Source: Squalus acanthias (taxonomy: Eukaryota). Taken from it: a stretch of 64,000 nucleotides of DNA. The stretch is taken from positions 142,726,001 through 142,790,000 of the forward strand of contig CM059432.1 of assembly GCA_030390025.1 (NCBI GenBank), read 5' to 3'. Under the pieces are notes generated by a model. That model did not search any database. It was not told the DNA's origin and saw nothing but the letters and a program-made list of their open reading frames with translations. Shown piece after piece: positions 35,601 to 47,905 of the stretch; the first letter of the stretch is position 1, and each line of letters opens with the position of its first letter. The position numbers were made by a program, and so were the translations under genes.

Positions 35601-35735
35601 CGACTCCCAGATATGCTCTGCCCAGTGCATTGTCAACCCTTAGTGTAGCTCCTGGAGGGTAGTACTCTATTGTTCTGGCTGTATATCCCAGAATTCTAAC
35701 AGTTTTTAATTGCTTTGCCACCTTTTCTAGATAAT

Positions 35736-36474
35736 GGCCCAGAAATTGATCTCGCTCTGTTCCCGCGGGGGTAAGCCTTCCCCGCGATGTCTCACCTCGC
35801 TTATGCTTTTTCAGATCCAGCTCGCACGAACTTGATGTTCTAGACATCAGCTGTGCTGGGCTTGCGTATCCCAGCGGCGTAGTGAATTCGTGCGAGCTGT
35901 GGGATCACGTGACTCAGTTAGAGCCAATGGCAGCACACCATCTTCCATTCATAAGTTTCACAGACCTGCTGTGAAATCTATGAATCTTACACCCCCCCAA
36001 AATAACAGCTAAACCTCAATTAAATAAAAAAAAAACCATCACATTAATAAAATAAGTATAGTTAATTAAATTAACCATTTTAAATAAAAAATTAAATTTT
36101 TGAATTTTTTTTAAATCTTTTAAAAAGTTATAAAAATAAACTTACCTGTCTTTAAAGTCTATAAAAAAGATATACCTGTAAAAAAAAATTCAAAAAAATA
36201 CTTAATTCACTACTTACCTTCTTAAAAGCGGGTCTTACTCCTTTTTACATTTCCAAAATCTTCAGTACTTACCTGCGCGTCCAAAGCATGAAGTGCACAG
36301 CGTGCGCGCAGCCTGTAGCGCGCACGCGATGCACCCAAGACCCGCCCCCTTTTCAGAAGAGCAATTGCCGGTTTTCAGCGCATGCGCAGGGCATGCAGAA
36401 AACCGGCAATTGGAGTGGGAATACGCGAGAGTACGCAGTGCGTACTCTCGCGTCCCGGGATCAAGTTTCGGCCC
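35736..36474. mobile_element. Harbinger-like MITE, related to 10246-11007 in opposite orientation
   Basis: TIR ggcccagaaattgatc / gatcaagtttcggccc; hairpins acgcgagagtacgcagtgcgtactctcgcgt and caattgccggtttt...aaaaccggcaattg. Confidence 0.75.
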
Positions 36475-36840
36475 ATTGAAAGTGTTAAGTCCACAGTCAC
36501 TCCCAGCTCCCTTCCAAAGCCTTTTTGCCAGTTCAGTTGCATTTGTAATGCTTGCGTTTTTTGACCAATATGCAGTACTTTGCATTTGTGTTAAATTGAA
36601 CTTGCCATTTGCCTCCTCAGGTACATTGCTGATCGAAACCCTTCTCCAATCTTTTTGCTGCATCTTCTGCCTCTACTGCTCTTCCTATTTGTGTTGTCAG
36701 AAAACTTGACAAACTTAACATTTACTTTTAATATCGAGGTAATTATGTAGATGAGAGAGAGCAGGGTCCAGGAATCCCTGCCTGACTCCTCTATGCACCT
36801 TCAGTTTAACCTTTGGCGCTATCATCCAAAAACACAATAC

Positions 36841-37265
36841 CAGGAAACTCTTTATTAACCGGCACCCAAATATCCGGAAATCTCTCTTAACCGGCAAAAT
36901 TCTTGAGTAGGTAACCGGGGTTTTCCTTCATCTCTCTACACTGGATCGTAGCATTATATGGGCCAAGTCTTTGCTGAATGCTCGCTGTAAGATCGCTGTA
37001 AGATCTGTCACAAGAAGGGAGATGCAGAAAACATGCTGTTGTGTGATGGCTGTGATCGAGGGCACCACACATACTGTTTTACTCAAAAGAAAATTCTTTA
37101 ATGTGACCGGGGTTCCTGCACCTGTGGCCGTGCACCAGGGACTCCTGGATCTGTGGCCATGTACGGGGCTCTCGTACCTTGGTAGATATAACTCTCCGTT
37201 ATCCGGAATTTTTGATAAACCGGCACCACTCCGGTCCCGTCGGTGCCGGTTAATAGAGTTTCCTG
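36841..37265. mobile_element. Tc1/mariner-pogo (Tigger-like) non-autonomous element carrying a host gene fragment
   Basis: TIR caggaaactct(tt)attaaccggcacc / ggtgccggttaatagagtttcctg; TA directly on the right and tac on the left; subterminal tatccggaa and aaccggca repeats. Confidence 0.8.
36920..37077 (+). pseudogene. BAZ1A: Captured BAZ1A (ACF1) coding fragment including the N-terminal part of the PHD finger
   Basis: Removing the 11-bp tandem duplication gctgtaagatc (36984-37005) gives VFLHLSTLDRSIIWAKSLLNARCKICHKKGDAENMLLCDGCDRGHHTYC, near-identical to vertebrate BAZ1A as recalled. Confidence 0.88.
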
Positions 37266-37267
37266 TA

Positions 37268-38175
37268 TCAGGTTCCACATGTATGCCATCGACACTCGGC
37301 TCTATCTCAGCACTACCTCTTTGGACCCCTCCACTGTCTGATACGTCACTCTTGTCCAACATTGAATGAGCAGAAATTTCCTCCAACTAAATATTGGGAA
37401 AATTGAAGCCATTGTCTTTGGTCCCTGCCACAAAATCCGTTCCCTGACCACCGTTTCCATCCTTTGCAACTGTCTTAAGCTGAGCAAGACCGTTTGCAAC
37501 CTTGGTGTTGTGTTTGACTCTGAGATGAGTTTCCGACCACCTATCCGCTCAATCACCAAGACTGACTACTTCAACCTCTAACATTGCTTGACACCGACTC
37601 TGCCTCTGCTCAGCTTCTGAAGCCCTTATCCATGCCTTTGTTACCTCTGGACTTGACTATTCCAATGCTCTCCTGGCTGGCCTCCCATCTTGCACCGTAC
37701 ATGAACGTGTGCTCATTTAAAACTCTGCTGCCTGTATCTTAACTCACTCCAAATCCTGTTCACTCATCACCCCTGTGCTTGCTGACATTCACTGGCTCCT
37801 GGTCCGACAATGCCTCAAATTTAAAATCCTCATCCTTGTTTCCAAATTCCTTTATGGCCTCGCCCCTCCCTATCTCTGTAGCCTCCTCCAGCCCTACCAG
37901 CCTTAGATCTCTGCGCTCCTCCAATTCTGGCCTCTCCGGCATCCCTGATTTTAATCGCTCCCCCATTGGCGACCGTGCTTTCAGCTGCGTTGGCCCTCTC
38001 GCTCCCCTTTTTAAGATGCTCCTTAAAACCTACCTCTTTGATCAAGCTTTTGGTCATCTGTCCTGATATCTCCTTCTGTCAAAAAATGTTACTTTTTTAT
38101 TGATATCGCTCTTGTTAAGCGCCTTGAGACGTTTTACAACATTAAATGCGCTATGTAAATGCAAGTTGTTGTTGT
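37268..38175 (+). mobile_element. L2 LINE 3' part
   Basis: MSRNFLQLNIGKIEAIVFG...NLGVVFDSEMSF; tail aaatgcaagttgttgttg. Confidence 0.85.
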
Positions 38176-39850
38176 GACTTTACAGTAGAGGAAGAGGCTG
38201 GCATGCCAGACATCCCCAGAAAATTAATAATGAATCAGGGACAGGGACTCAAAATTAATGTAAGCAAAATAACAGTAATGAAGAAAATAATGGCACTCGA
38301 GTGAGAAATCCCCAGGACCAGATGGCTACCATTCCAGGGTTTTAAAGGAAGTAGGTGAGAACATTGCGGATGCCCTAACTCTAATCTTCCAAAGTTCTCT
38401 CAATTCGGGAACCGGTCCTTTAGATTAGCAAATTGTGCATGTCACTCCGCTATTTAAGAAAGGTGAGAGAGGGAAACCAGGGAATTATAGACCAGTTAGC
38501 CTAACATCTGTTGTCAGGAAATTGCTAGAGTCTATAATTAAGGATAGGGTGACTGAACACCTTGAAAATTTTCAGCTGATGAGAGAGAGCCAGCATGGAT
38601 TTGTAAAGGGTAGGACATGCCTGACAAACCTGATTGAATTTTTTGAAGAGGTGACTAAAGTAGTGGACAGGGGAATGTCTATGGATGTTATTTATATGGA
38701 CTTCCAGAAGGCATTTGATAAAGTCCCTTATAAGAGACTGTTAACTAAAGTTGAAGCTCATGGAATTGAGGGCAAATTATTGACCTGGTTAGGAAATTGG
38801 CTGAGCGGCAAGAGACAGAGAGTAGGGATAATGGGCAGGTACTCTAATTGACAGTGGTGTCCCGCAAGGATCTGTGTTGGGGCCTCAACTGTTCACCGTA
38901 TTTATTAGCGACTTAGATGATGTGATAGAAAGCCACATATCCAAGTTTGCCAATGACAAAGATAGGCGGCATTATAAGTAGTGTAGATGGAAGCCTAAAA
39001 TTACTAAGATATTAATAGATTAAGCGAATGAGAAAAACGGTGGCAAATGGATTTGAATGTGGGCAAATGTGAGGTCATCCACTTTGGACCTAAAAAGGAT
39101 AGAACAGAGTACTTTCTAAATGGTGAAAACATAGTAACAGTGGAAGTCCAAAGAGACTTGGGGGTCCAGGTACATAAATCATTAAAATGTCATGAACAGG
39201 TACAGAAAATAATCAAAAAGGCTACTGGAATGCTGGCCTTTATATCCAGAGGACTAGAGTACAAGGGGGTAGAAATTATGCTGCAGCTATACAAAACCCT
39301 GGTTAGACCACACCTGGAGTACTGTGAGCAGTTCTGGATGCCACACTGTAGGAAGGATATATTGCCCTTGGAGGGAGTGCAGCATAGATTTACCAGAATG
39401 ATACCTGGATTCCAAGGGTTAAATTGTGAGGAGAGATTACACAAACTAGAACTGGAATTTCGAAGGTTAAGGGGTGATTTGATTGGAGTTTTCAAGATAT
39501 TAAGGGGAACTGATAGGGTAGAGAGAGAGAAACTATTTCTGTTGGTTGGGGAGTCTAGGATTAGGGGACATAGTCCAAAAATTAGAGCCAGACCTTTCAG
39601 GAGTGAAATTAGGAAACACTTCTAAACACAAAGGGTGGTAGAAGTTTGGAACTCTCTTCCGCAAACGTCAATTGATGCTAGATCAATTGTTAATTTTAAA
39701 TCTGAGATTGATAGCTTTTTGTTAACAAAAGGTATTAAGAGATATAGGGCAAAGGCGGGTATATGGAGTTAGGTCGCAAATCAGCCGTGATCTCATTGAA
39801 TGGCAGAACAGGCTCGAGGGGCTAAATGGCAGACTCCTGTTCCTATGTTC
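38176..39850 (+). mobile_element. CR1 LINE, 5'-truncated, RT region
   Basis: PGNYRPVSLTSVV, SQHGFVKGRTCLTNLIEFFE, YMDFQKAFDKVP, LVRPHLEYCEQFW; ends ctcctgttcctatgttc. Confidence 0.92.
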
Positions 39851-41929
39851 ACAGTTCTCACGTGTGTTCTCTCTCTCTCCTATTAATCAATTTATCCAGT
39901 TCTCTGTTCTTCCTCTGGCTTTTGGGTTCGTTGGAAGCCTTTTATGGACATTAAATTACTGAGAATCCAAGTAAATTATATCTTGGTAAACTGCACTACC
40001 TTATTTGTACTGTCTTTTAAGAAGTTGGGGATGCACACCTTCTAAATCCATTTTGGCTGTTAAATTTGTTTTCTGCAGATATTCCTAATTTTGTCAGAAT
40101 AGTTTCTGTTGTTTTACCCTGTTAAAAGGCTAATTACCTGGGTCAAATCTGTTGCCCTATTTAAATATGGTACTGCATTTACTTGTTTCCAGTCCTGCAG
40201 AAACCTGCCTGTGCCCAAGATCCTTTTGTGACAAATGTCTTCCCTAATCTGTTATCTGTTAGTCTTAAGTTGCCCAAACTTACCAGCCCCTGTTTTGTTG
40301 ACCAGCTGGAAGATGATGCTTTCCAAGCCCATTGAATGTTTGGAATATATTACGGGAGCCTTCTCGAGGACGAAACTCATCTTGCTGATTCCCAGCAGTC
40401 CCGCTGAGAGCGAATATGACTTTCCCTTTGAGGAATTTGTGCTTGGAGTGCCCATAAAGAGAGAATCAAACATTGACCCACTAACTGGAAGTGTAGTTCC
40501 TGTTCGAGGCACTGGTCGCAGCATGGTAGCAAGCATAGTTTATGCAATGCATACACGAGCATATTAGGAACAATATATATTTTCCTGTTGCACAAGAAAG
40601 CCACATACTCCATTTTCCAGTAATATCCAGCATATTGTCCAGTTTATTGTGGCTAGGTAGTGCAAGGCAGAAACTGAGTGACCACGATGGTGGTGTTCCA
40701 ATGAGAAAACTCAGGTTACAAACGGTACAAAAAAAATCTGCTGGGGCGGGAGGGAGGAACTAAACATTATGGCAGGCAAGTACTTTGAATGATGTAACAC
40801 AGTCTTCGATCGGATGACTGGATGAACTGCGTGAACTTGGTCTGTTGTGCCATCCTAAGGTGCCAGTACGTTCCAACCTTGTATATGTCCCAGCTAACTG
40901 TTGGATTCTGTGCAGTTGCTACGGCCCATTACAGCCTTTAACCCTTGGGTGCAGATCGATGGGAAATAGCTCGGGCATCCTACAAATGCAGTGGAGAAAA
41001 ATCTTTCTTGTCTAAATGTTTTTTCCTGCCCTTTCATTGTAAAGAGGCACATTTGAAAGAAATCAACATGCGGTAACCAGGAATAGGGATAAAATGTATT
41101 CATCAAGTTCAGCTCGTGGGATGATAGTCACATGCTGAACAGGTGGTCCTCATTTCCCTTTCCATGTTTAGAAGATATTTATAAATTACACACTGATGCA
41201 CATGGACAAAACTCCATACAGTGTGGAGAGATTCTAAAACAAATAATAAAACGATGACCGCTATTTTACGTATGGCAACCAGTTGTGCTCATCCGGTTGT
41301 TCTTGCTGTCTAAGGGTAATTAGGTGCCCCAAGCTGCTAGGATGTTTGAAGTTAAGTCCTTGTATAATTGTGCTTTAGCCGAGGAGCAATGCCATAAGGC
41401 TGAAGTAAGTTGACTTTGAACTTTAATGGGTGTTCTCGAGTTATTGCACTGACAATGCCTGACTGTATGCAGCACTGTAATTAATATAACGTCTGTCACT
41501 TATTCGCAATTGGTTGCTGGTGGATTAGCATAAGTTAAGGAAAATGTAACTTCCTACAGCACGGTTAATAGAAAGATGTGATTTTTTTTTGGAAGAGATA
41601 AGCCTGGTTAAATACTTCAAGTTGAAACTTAATTGAGTCAATCTTCCAAGTGGATCAGAAGTTTAAACAAATAAATATGGCTTTTGAACAATTCTGTATT
41701 TGGGCGCGTGTTCATAATGCTGTTGAGAATGAGGACAAAAGTTGCGTGGCCCTATTATATTTTATTATCTCCTCTGCTAGTACTTAACTGTGCATATCCT
41801 GAAATCGGGATAACTAGGTTATTTGCGTCTTTGCAATGAGACCAAGTCACATTTTCAGCTTTCTGCCTAGTTTAGTTTACTTCCTAATGTAGCGTAACGA
41901 CAATTATTTTTTTCGCTGGCATATTTAGT

Positions 41930-42135
41930 GTGTTCTGGCCTCTTGCGCACCCTCAATTTTAATCGTTCCACCGTTAGCCGTGCCTTTAGCTGCCACGGCC
42001 CTAAGCTATGGAATTACCTCCCTAAACCCCTCTACCTCTCCCTCTATCTTAAGGCTCTCCTTAAAACTTACCTCTGACCAAGCTTTTGGTCACCTGTCCT
42101 AATATCTCCATATATGACTCGGTGTCAAATTGTGT
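41930..42135 (+). mobile_element. L2 3' fragment
   Basis: gccgtgcctttagctgcc..cctaagctatggaatt..ccttaaaac..aagcttttggtcacctgtcc matches other L2 copies. Confidence 0.65.
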
Positions 42136-44327
42136 TTGGGCTAAAGAACTGAAGGAGGAGAGGTTTTATTAAAAGTGAAATAGAGAGCGATGTTTGAAAT
42201 AGGTCTTTATCAAGTCTTGTCTCCAGTGTCCACCATCACACTGTACAAAGGCATTGCCTCCGACATGTTGCACTTCCAATGTGTCATGTCTGCAGGGCAA
42301 AATAGTGATTGACTCAACTGACCACTTAGCTGCCGATTCACAAACCGCATTAATCCAAAATAGTTAGCAGCGTGCAAAAAACATCTCTCTTTCCTGACAG
42401 TTAAAAATAACAGACTTAAAAAAAAAAATATCATGCAGTTCTGGAAAAAGAAGTTCCTAAGCTTAGTGACAATATTGGTCATTTAATGTTACGATTGCCC
42501 GCATGGAGCCCTGTATTGACCTGCCTCTCTGCCTGGAGCTCAGGAGTTGAGCACTGCTGTGAATGTTGGGAATTTTTAGCTGCTGTGGACAAGTTGTGTG
42601 GGAGTTGCATGATGGGAGTTGTTTTCTCCTGCTCCTGCAGTACCCAGAGTATACCAAGGGAGCTAGGCCGGAAATTTACAATTAACTGAGGCATCTGAAG
42701 CAAGTTTTGTAAAACGTTAGATAAATGTAATTACAAACATCTGTGATGCATGTGTAGCTGTCCATCTCGGTAATATCAGTAAAATATTTTTTGCATCGGT
42801 AAATTTGCAGTGTGGCAGCATTGGGTGAATTGCTGTGGCCTTTAGGCTGCAGGTAAAACCATGGTAAAAGTGGAACTGCACTTAAGGTTGCAGATTACTC
42901 AGGAGCGATACCGCAATAGAAACATACATACACAGACAGAAAGGTTGCCGATTTGAACCCTGATCTCGAGCAGGGCAGCAGTGGGATTGTTTCAGTTGGC
43001 CATAGTGTTTCCTGGCTGGGGAGGAGAAAGCTGTCAACGATTCTTGTTGCTGATCATCATGTATCGCCACTCACCCCCCACCCCCCCCCCCACACCCTGC
43101 ATTGCTGGAAGCTGGCTGGGGTCAGGATGAGTTCAGCCGATTAACATTTGCTGTGCAAGCTTTTACAGAAGAATAGCATTTAAGTGACAAATTGCAGAGA
43201 AGACAGTTTTGCAGTTGGACGGTCTTGTACAGAAGCGGTCAGAGACGCAACAAAATCTTTAAAAGGTGCAGTGTAAATCAAAAAAACACAAGCTGATAAA
43301 ACCAATGAATACTTGTGAAAAATGAATTAGACGTCATTGCATTTGTCAGTGGAAATTGAGCAGAAAAATCTTGTCCCTATTGGTGCATTCTGTTGAAGAT
43401 TTCATGGTCCTTTGTGGATAAACAAGTATTGTCAACATCAGAGATGCCAACACAAATATGAGTTAACATCAAGACTTCAATAATGTTGTAGAACATGTAA
43501 TTGTACTGATGAAGAAGAAAACCTGGATTGAAACTGGTCCGTGAAGGTTTCCATAATTCTTTAACGAAACAGATTTGACCTCTTGCGTCTCCATGGGGGA
43601 ATATGATAGATAATTTGGAAAAGTCCTAATTTTTCCCAGGATGCTTCACCACTGTTTTCCCACCTCTAACAGATGCCTGGGTTCTGTTCAGCAAATTTGA
43701 AATGCAAAAGAGTACCGAGATCAGGAGTGTACAGCGCTTACAAAGATGTTCAGCCTCCTGCCTCGGGTTTACCTCAACGATAAATGACCTCTTCAGTTCA
43801 AAACATACTTCTGCATGATGGAAGCCTGTTTACTCTGCAGCCACGCACGCTGTATGATTGCGCACATTTAGTTGTTTTTCAAAACTGGCTGGAGTTCAGC
43901 AGACTGCCAGCCAAAGCATACTTTCATTGTTAACCCAAATGTGGTGCAATAATGAAAACCAGACCATTGCGTTTCGATTTGGGAGAACTTAGTGTGGATT
44001 TGGGCTGATTTGAAATGGCATCAGTCTCTGTAATCCATCTTGAGCGTTTGTGATTATATGCATGCACATGTACGGAATGAGTTGGTGAGCTCGGTCCAGC
44101 TCCCATCAGCATGTATCCACTATAAGATAATAGTCACTTCCAAAATCTGTTGATTAGTACTGCTCTTGGTTCCAATGAAATATTGTGGGGTTTTTTACAC
44201 CAACCTTTTATTACTCTTAAAAACATAATTGGGCATGATTCCTGTAATGTCCTTCAATCCTAAATGATTTCTAAATGGATGTGTGTTTTCAATTATTACA
44301 TTTTTGAAACCTTTTTCTATCTAATAG

Positions 44328-44370
44328 GGATGGACGAATGCTGTTTGATTATCTAGCAGAAAAGCATGGG
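44328..44370 (+). CDS. EIF3E: eIF3e exon 4 (DGRMLFDYLAEKHG)
   Basis: taatag acceptor, GTAAGT donor, 43 nt, restores phase 0. Confidence 0.96.
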
Positions 44371-44479
44371 GTAAGTTATGGCCATTTGTTTATTATCGTG
44401 AATATTTAATGATGACTAGCATAATGTTGTAGCTCAATTGCTGTAAAATGGAAAAACTACTGTGATTCATAAGTAATAG

Positions 44480-45487
44480 TTGAAGTACCGCAAGGATCAG
44501 TGCTTGGGCATCAGCTATTCACAATCTACATCAATGATTTGGATGAGGGGACCAAATGTAATATATCCAAGTTTGCTGATGATACAAAGCTAGGTGGGGA
44601 TGTAAGTTGTGAGGAGGATGCAAAGAGGCTTCAAGGGGATATAGACAGGCTAAATGAGTTGGCAAGAACATGGCAAATGGAATATATTGTGGAGAAGTGT
44701 GACGTTATCCACTTTGGTAGGAAAAATAGAAAAGCAGAGTATTTTTTAAATGGTGAGAGATTGGGAAATGTTGGTGTTCAGAGGGACCTGGGTGTCCTTG
44801 TACAAGAATCACTGAAAGTTAACATGCAGGTACAGCAAGCAATTAGGAAAGCAAATGGTATGTTGGCCTTTATTACAAGAGGATTTGAGTAGAAGAGTAA
44901 AGACGGCTTACTGCAATTATATAGGGCCCACACCTCGAGTATTGTGTACAGTTTTGGTCTCCTTACCTAAGGAAGGATATACTTGCCATAGAGGGAGTGC
45001 AACGAAGGTTCACTAGACTGGTTCCTGGGATGAGGGGGATTGTCCTATGAGGAGAGATTGAGTAGACTAGGCCTATATTCTCTAGAGTTTAGAAGAATGA
45101 GAGGTGATCTCATTGAAACATACAAAATTCTTAAAGGACTTGACAGGGTAGATGCTGGGAGGATGTTTCCCCTGGCTGGGGAGTCTAGAACCAGGGGTCA
45201 CAGACTCAGAATAAGGGGTCGGCCATTTAGGACTGAGATGAGGAGAAATCTCTTCACTGAGGGTGGTGAATCTCTGGAATTCTCTACCCTAGAGGGCTGT
45301 GGAGGCTCAGTCGTTGAGTATATTCAAGACAGAGATCGATAGATTTTTGGATACTAAGGGAATCAATGGATATGGGGATAGTACAGGAAAGTGGAGTTGA
45401 GGTAAAAGATCAGCCATGATCTTATTGAATGGCAGAGCAGGCTCGAGGGGCCAAATGGCCGACTGCTGCTCCGATTTCTTGTTATGA
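44480..45487 (+). mobile_element. CR1 LINE 3' part
   Basis: [42 protein letters not shown]1 3' end. Confidence 0.9.
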
Positions 45488-45878
45488 GCAAAGCATTAGT
45501 ACCCTCTATATTACATTTTCTCTTCCCCCTAAGATGTGCTTGACTCTGCAGTATGTTTGGATAGTGTAGACTAACTTCACTTTTAATGGTGCCAATCAAT
45601 TATTTGTAACTGACTACTTCGTTAGTTGTTAAAATGAATTCATCAGATACCGTGGATATTTTTTGAGGTCAAATGCAACTTAACTTGATGCAATATAATG
45701 CTCAGTTATCGTATCTTAAGGGGAAACGTGATGATAAATGGTTGTGTTTAAAAAAAAACGCTACATGCAATGGTATAATTTACGTCAAGTTGAATCTTTT
45801 GTGTTTATTCCCCAATGATGGTAGTTTAAAAAAAAAATCTTGCTTCAGCTTATTTGTACCTGTATTTTTATTTTGAAG

Positions 45879-45983
45879 TTTCGTCAGGAATATTTGGACA
45901 CCTTGTACCGATACGCTAAATTCCAGTATGAGTGTGGTAATTATTCGGGAGCAGCAGAATACCTCTACTTTTTCAGAGTTCTG
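45879..45983 (+). CDS. EIF3E: eIF3e exon 5 ([35 protein letters not shown])
   Basis: ttttgaag acceptor, GTGAGT donor, 105 nt. Confidence 0.97.
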
Positions 45984-46462
45984 GTGAGTACCATTTCCTA
46001 GAGGTTAATGAAGCTTGGTGCTTGACGTCCAGAAGTTCTCATCTAGTTGGTCTTGTTTCCTATGCCTGCCGTTTATAGCGGGCGCGTTCATGTGAGCGTG
46101 ACATGGAAAACTAGACTTTCCTTTTTACTTGGTCTTTACGGTCTACTTTTAGGACCAGGAAAACAAACTAGTCATCTCAGCACTGCTAAAAATTTGTCTT
46201 TTGAGCAACCACACAGTTGGAAAGTTGTACTCGAGATATATGCAGTCTGTACGAGATTGGCTTCTATTCTTTGTGGTTATTGTAATTAATACCCAAAATG
46301 TGTACTGATGCTACTGTGCAAACAGAACAGGCATTATGTATCTATTTATTTGTTGTCCAGAATTGCAAACTCTGCAATCTTGAGTAATTGGCAGCAGATG
46401 GGAACAGAATTTAGCAGTAGTTTTCCTGTTCTTTTGGGAATGACAGATAGTGTATTGTCTCC

Positions 46463-47355
46463 TAGTTTGCTGACGATGCAAAGCTAGGTGGGAAAGTAAG
46501 CTGTGCAGAGGACACAACGAGCCTGCAAACTGATATGGACAGGTTAAGTGAGTGGGCACTAAGGTGGCAGATGGAGTATAATGTGGGGAAATGTAATGTT
46601 ATTCAATTTGTTAGGAAGAATAGGAAAACAGAATATTTTTTAAATGGTGAAAAACTAGTAAATGTTGGTGTTCAGAGAGATTTCGGGGTCCTCGTACAGG
46701 AAACACAGAGCGTTAGCATGCAGGTACAGCAAGCAATTGGGAAGGCAAATGGCATGCTGGCCTTTATTGCAAGGGGGGGTTAGTGTATAAGAGTAAGGAA
46801 GTTTTGCAACAATTGTACAGGGCCTTGGTGAGACCACACCTGGAGTACTGTGCACAGTTTTGGTCTCTTTATTTAAGGAAGGATATAGTTGCCTTGGAGG
46901 CGGTGCAACGAAGGTTCACTAGATTGATTCCTGGGATGAGAGGGCTGTCCTATGAGGAGAGATTGAGTAGAATGGGCCTATACTCTGGAGTGTAGAAGAA
47001 TGAGAGGTGATCTCATTGAAGATTCTGAGGGGGATTGACAGGGTAGATGCTGAGAGGTTGTTTCCTCTGGCTGGTGAGTCTAGATAAGGGGTCGGCCATT
47101 CAAGACTGAGATGAGGAGGAATTTCTTCACTCAGAGGGTTGTGAACCTTTGGAATTCTCTGCCCCAGAGGGCTGTGGATGCTTAGTCATTGAGTATATCC
47201 AAAACTGATATAGTTAGATTTTTTGATTTCAGGGGAATCGAGGGATATGGGGATCAGGCGGGAAAGTGGAGTTGATCAGCCATGATCTTATTGAATGGTG
47301 GAGCAGGCATGAGGGGCTGTACGGCCTACTCCTGCTCCTAATTCTTGTGTTCTTA
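46463..47355 (+). mobile_element. CR1 LINE 3' part
   Basis: DRLSEWALRWQMEYNVGKC; LYRALVRPHLEYCAQFWS; CR1 3' end. Confidence 0.9.
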
Positions 47356-47905
47356 TATATAGTTCATGTGCTTTGCTACGATTTACATAAAGAAATCACA
47401 GATATTGCTGAAATTGCAACTGTGCTGCTGTAATACAAAGATTTTTATATGAATTAAAAATTAACCTGCTTTATATATTTGCGGTAGGGAACTTGGAATT
47501 ATGTAGGCTAACAATGTTAAATGAATAATCTGTGAAAAGTTATCGTGCAGATAATGGAAAAAAAGTATATTTATTTCTGTGACTGAAATAGTGTAGCTTT
47601 TCAGCAGAATATTGAATATTAAAGATTTTGACCTGCCTATATTTCATCATCCAAAATTTACATTTAGATTGAAGAAAGAAGTGTCCTTTGGGAGAGATTA
47701 TAAGTGGGGGTCTGAGAGTTGAAGCACAGACAGAAAAAGGTTCCAGGAAAATCTGGAGGGAAGTGGTAATCTAGGTCAGGCGGAGAGACTGGAGCAGTGA
47801 CTGGCAAATGTTTTAGTGTTTGTTTCCAAGTTGATGAGAGGCAACAGCAGGCTTCTGTTAGTGCGTGCAATAGGTGTAGTTGAGAGCTAGTGTGCGATAA
47901 GTCTA

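Noticed and set aside
36920..37077. Functional alternative EIF3E exon or true BAZ1A locus
   Set aside because: Frameshifted by an 11-bp duplication, no convincing flanking splice sites, no other BAZ1A exons seen, enclosed by TIRs.
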